DNA from: Raja brachyura
Lineage: Eukaryota
NCBI GenBank assembly: GCA_963514005.1
Contig: OY740804.1
Coordinates: forward strand, 4,898,001-4,962,000
DNA length: 64,000 bases
Reading direction: 5' to 3'
The notes beneath the pieces were generated by a model, which saw nothing but the letters and a program-made list of their open reading frames with translations, searched no databases and was not told where the DNA came from. Made by a program: the position numbers and the translations under genes. Numbering within the stretch: position 1 is the first letter of the stretch; the number at the start of each line of letters is the position of its first letter. Positions 60,010 to 64,000 of the stretch are shown here, one piece after another.

Positions 60010-62280
60010 AAAAAAATTTTATTAGAAGCGATGCATATTGCCAATGATATAACAGTTTTTTAAATACACATTTAACTTGTTTCAAAAGTTATACAAATAT
60101 TACGAAATGATTTATGTAAGCTTCTATTTAAATTTTTTTTAGAAAGTAAAGAAGTAAAAGAATAGGTGTATAATCAACAAAGATGGTGATTAAATAATAT
60201 TGATTATGATTATAAAATAAAAATAAAAAATTAAAAAATAAAAATAAAAATAAAAAACAATAAAAATAAAAAATAAATATAATACAAGCAAACAATTATT
60301 ATATAATAAAAAAAAGATTGAAGTATACATCTTAACAATGAATGGAACAATTTCACATAACAATATCTATAGAGACGTGTATATAGAAATCTCAAAATAG
60401 ATAATTTCATCTAATCCTACAACTGGGTATTTGTTGAGTTACAATGCTGAGCTCAGCTACCCCTTCAAATAGTCAGAGAATGGAGACCATATTTGTTCAA
60501 AAAGTTCATATTTGTCCATTAGGACAAACCTGATTCTCTCCAAATGCAACGTCTCCGACATTTCCACTGTCCACATTTTAATTGTGGGGGATAATGTTCC
60601 CTTCCAGAATTTTAATATTATTTTTTTTCCAATTATCAAACAAGGAAATTTCTTTGATTTACTGTTAATATTAGGTTTGAATCTGAAACTCCTAATATTA
60701 TTAGCTTTGGGTCGGGATCCAATTTGATTTTAAGAAGTACAGAAATGATTTTAAAAATATCGGTCCAATAATTATTAAGTTTTATACATGTTACAAAACT
60801 ATGCGTTAAATTAGCTTCTGAATTCTGACATTTATCCCAAATAGAGGAGATGATAGGAAAAATTCTATTTAATTTCGTTTTTGAATAATGTAATCTATGT
60901 AATACTTTGAATTTTTGTACTTCCCTTTGAGCAAAGAGGATCGAACTTATATCAAAAGGTAAACAGTCTTCCTTTTCCATCTTTAGCCAAGCTGGTTCCT
61001 GATCCATATTTACCAACCAAAAATTCATATTCTTAATCTGAACCGCCAAAAAATAATATAAAAAATTAGGTAGTGAAAATCCTCCATTTATCTTAGATTT
61101 ACATAAATGTTTTTTACTTATTCTATGACTTTTATAATCCCAAATAAAGCTATTAACAATAGAATCGATTAAAAAAAAAGTTTTAGAGAGGTATAAAGGG
61201 ATAGATTGAAATAAATATAATAATTGTGGTAGAAAAATCATTTTTATAGCATTTATTCTGCCGATCATTGATATTGGTAGTGTTTTCCAATATAGAATAT
61301 TCTTTTTTAGTTTATTCAATAATTATGGATAATTTGATTTGAATAAAGAATTATAAGATTTAGATACATGAATTCCTAGATATTAAATTTTGTCCGTAAC
61401 TATTTTCAATGGGAATTGTTGTAATATATGTGATTTTATTCCAGTTATAGGCATAATTTCACTTTTATTCCAATTAACTCTATATCCTGAAAATGTACCA
61501 AATTTAGTTAGAACATTAAATAGATTAGGAATACTAATCTCCAGTTTCATAATATATATTAAGACATCGTCTGCATATGAAGATATTTTATTCGTTGTGG
61601 TATTGGTCTTATATCCATATATTTCTGGGTCTGATCTAATCTTTCCGGCTAATGGTTCTATTGCAAGAGCAAATAATAAAGGTGATAACGGACATCCTTG
61701 TCTACAACCCCTAAAGAGATTAAATTTAGCTGATAACATTTGATTTGTCAATATTCTTGCTGTTGGGTTAGAATATAAAATTTTAACCCATTTACAAAAT
61801 CTATCCCCAGTTGAAATTTCTGCATTATCTTAAATAAGTAAGGCCATTCAACCTGATCGAATGCTTTTTCCGCATCAAGAGATATGACAGCTAATTCAAT
61901 ATCATTAACTCTTTTTGAATATATGATATTGAATAGACGTCTCAAGTTATAAGTGGAATAACGTTTGGGAATAAAGCCTGTTTGATCATGATGTATTAAT
62001 TTATTAATCACTAAACTTAATCTTTGAGATGAAATTTTAGTTAATATTTTTTGATCAGTATTTAGAAGAGCAATTGCTCTATATGATCCAGGATCTTCCA
62101 GACCCTTATCTACTTAAGGAATGAGAGTAATTGTGGACTCATTTAGAGCTTCTGGTAACTTTCCTTGTTCGTAAGCGTATTTATATATTGTTTGTAAACA
62201 TGGGGAAATCAAATCATGAAACTTCTTATAAAATTCAATACCTAGACCATCGGGTCCAGCAGCTTTTCCATTTTTCTTTC
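60010..62280 (-). mobile_element. L1-clade LINE ORF2 3' part, degenerate
   Basis: DQTGF, DAEKAFD, RGCRQGCPLSPLLFALAIEPLA, YADD, GRINAIKM. AT-rich 3' tail. Confidence 0.9.
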
Positions 62281-62284
62281 TTTT

Positions 62285-64000
62285 TTTTTTGTATATATTT
62301 TTATTAGAGGCCATACGTATTACAAATAATATAATAATTTTTTCAGATATGCATATTACATATTTCCAAAATTATATGAGTATTACAAAGCTATATATAT
62401 TAGCCTCAATTTTTTTAATAGTGAAGAGAAGAAAAAAAAGAGTAAAGAGAGAATAGATGTTTAATTTAAAAAGTGTGATTATANNNNNNNNNNNNNNNNN
62501 NNNNNNNNNNNNNNNNNNNNNNNNNNNNNNNNNNNNNNNNNNNNNNNNNNNNNNNNNNNNNNNNNNNNNNNNNNNNNNNNNNNNNNNNNNNNNNNNNNNN
62601 NNNNNNNNNNNNTTATTATACTTAAAGATAGAAAGACAGTATACATCTTAACAATGAATGGAACAATTTCTAATAATATATATATAGAGATAAGTATATA
62701 AATCTCAGATTAAACAATTTTGTTTGATCTTACCACCGGGTACTTGTTGAGTTTCAATGTTGAGCCCAGCTACCCCTTCATATAATCAGTGAATGGAGAC
62801 CATATTTGTTCAAAAAGCTCGTGTTTATCCATTAGGATAAACCTAATTCTCTCCAATTGCAACGTCTCCAACATTTCCACTGTCCACATTATGATATTGA
62901 ATAGACGACTCAAGTTATAAGTGGAATAACGTTTGGGAATAAAGCCTGTTTGATCATGATGTATTAATTCATTAATCACTAAACTTAATCTTTGAGATGA
63001 AATTTTAGTTAATATTTTTTGATCAGTATTTAGAAGAGCAATTGCTCTATATGATCCAGGATCTTCCAGATCCTTATCTACTTTAGGAATGAGTGTAATT
63101 GTGGACTCATTTAGAGTTTCTGGTAACTTTCCTTGTTCGTAAGCGTATTTATATATTGTTTGTAAACATGGGGAAATCAAATCATGAAACTTCTTATAAA
63201 ATTCAATACCTAGACCATCGGGTCCAGCAGCTTTTCCATTTTTCAACGATCTGATTGATTCCTCAATGTCTTTTACTGATATTTCAGCATCTAACAAGTC
63301 TCTTCCTTCCTGATCCAAGCCTTTAATATGACATTCATGTAGGAATGTTTCCATTCTGTCAGCTTGACCCGTCAATTTAGTTGAATAAAGTTTTTGATAG
63401 TAATGCAGAAATCTGTCATTAATATCTTTTGGTAAAGTTAGTATTTCTCCTTGTTCAGATCTGATTTTACATATCATTTTTTCTTCATCTAATTTTCTAA
63501 GTTGGCGTGACAAAAGTTTTTGTGGTTTATCCCCGAATTCAAAGTATACTTGTTTAGTCTGTTGAAAAAGTTTAATAACAAAATTTGAGTATATTTTATT
63601 TAGCTTATATTTTAATATTGCAATTTTATATATAATCACCCTAGATGGGGATATTGCATTTTCAATATCAAATTGCTTTATTTTGTTTTCCAACGTTTAT
63701 TGAGTCTTTCGGTTTTCCTTATTAAAGTGTGCTTGCGCGGATATTATAGCACCACGCATAAAGGCTTTCAATGTGTCCCAAAGAAGTGACGAAGAAATTC
63801 CAGGTTTGTCATTAGTCTCAAAAAATAATTTAATCTGTTTTACCAGATAATCATAACAAGCCTTATCATTTAAAATTTGAGGGTTGAGTCTCCATTGGGA
63901 GTATTTATTAGTTCTACCCTTTAATTTAATCTTAAATGTTAATGGGGCATGATCCGAAATAATAATATTATGATATTTTGAATCATACGTGAATGGAATT
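62285..64000 (-). mobile_element. Second L1 copy, internally deleted, running off the window end
   Basis: ORF 62770..63693 joins the RT N-terminus (LFNII) directly to the C-terminus (MWTVEM). Endonuclease end (SDHAP) near 63950. Confidence 0.85.
62484..62612. other. Assembly gap
   Basis: Run of N. Confidence 0.99.

Noticed and set aside
1-64000. CRISPR arrays, prokaryotic operons, or RSS-flanked rearranging V segments
   Set aside because: The DNA is eukaryotic and intron-containing. The V exons end in splice donors, not heptamer-nonamer signals, and no regularly spaced repeat-spacer array is seen.

Overview
Vertebrate genomic DNA. The repeat content (CR1 LINEs, HE1/V-SINE-like SINEs, Penelope remnants) suggests a cartilaginous fish such as a skate or ray (inference). 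Most ORFs in the track are transposon debris; the real genes appear only after splicing. The window holds a cluster of CD300/pIgR-like Ig-superfamily receptor genes, probably of the skate MDIR (modular domain immune-type receptor) type. (1) A palindrome of at least 24 kb (arms 1-9631 and 12025-24076, 2.4-kb spacer) carries two tail-to-tail copies, A (+) and B (-), of an IgV + FcR-like IgC2 + stalk + TM + short-tail receptor. Their V exons differ at 18 amino-acid-changing codons versus 3 silent ones, and the TM Arg of A is Cys in B. (2) A V-exon pseudogene (C) is split by a SINE/Penelope insertion that itself holds a foldback DNA transposon with 40-bp TIRs and an 8-bp TSD. (3) A two-V-domain receptor gene D (leader at 52616 to TM at 43983, - strand) has the same W-x3-R-W TM motif. 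The window also contains a very young intact Ty3/Gypsy element (identical 203-bp LTRs, 5-bp TSD), a Tc1-type deletion derivative, L1, RTE-X-like and CR1 LINEs, and many Penelope-derived repeats carrying a minimal hammerhead-ribozyme motif. There are three assembly gaps. All exon calls and comparisons were made by eye; no database search was run.
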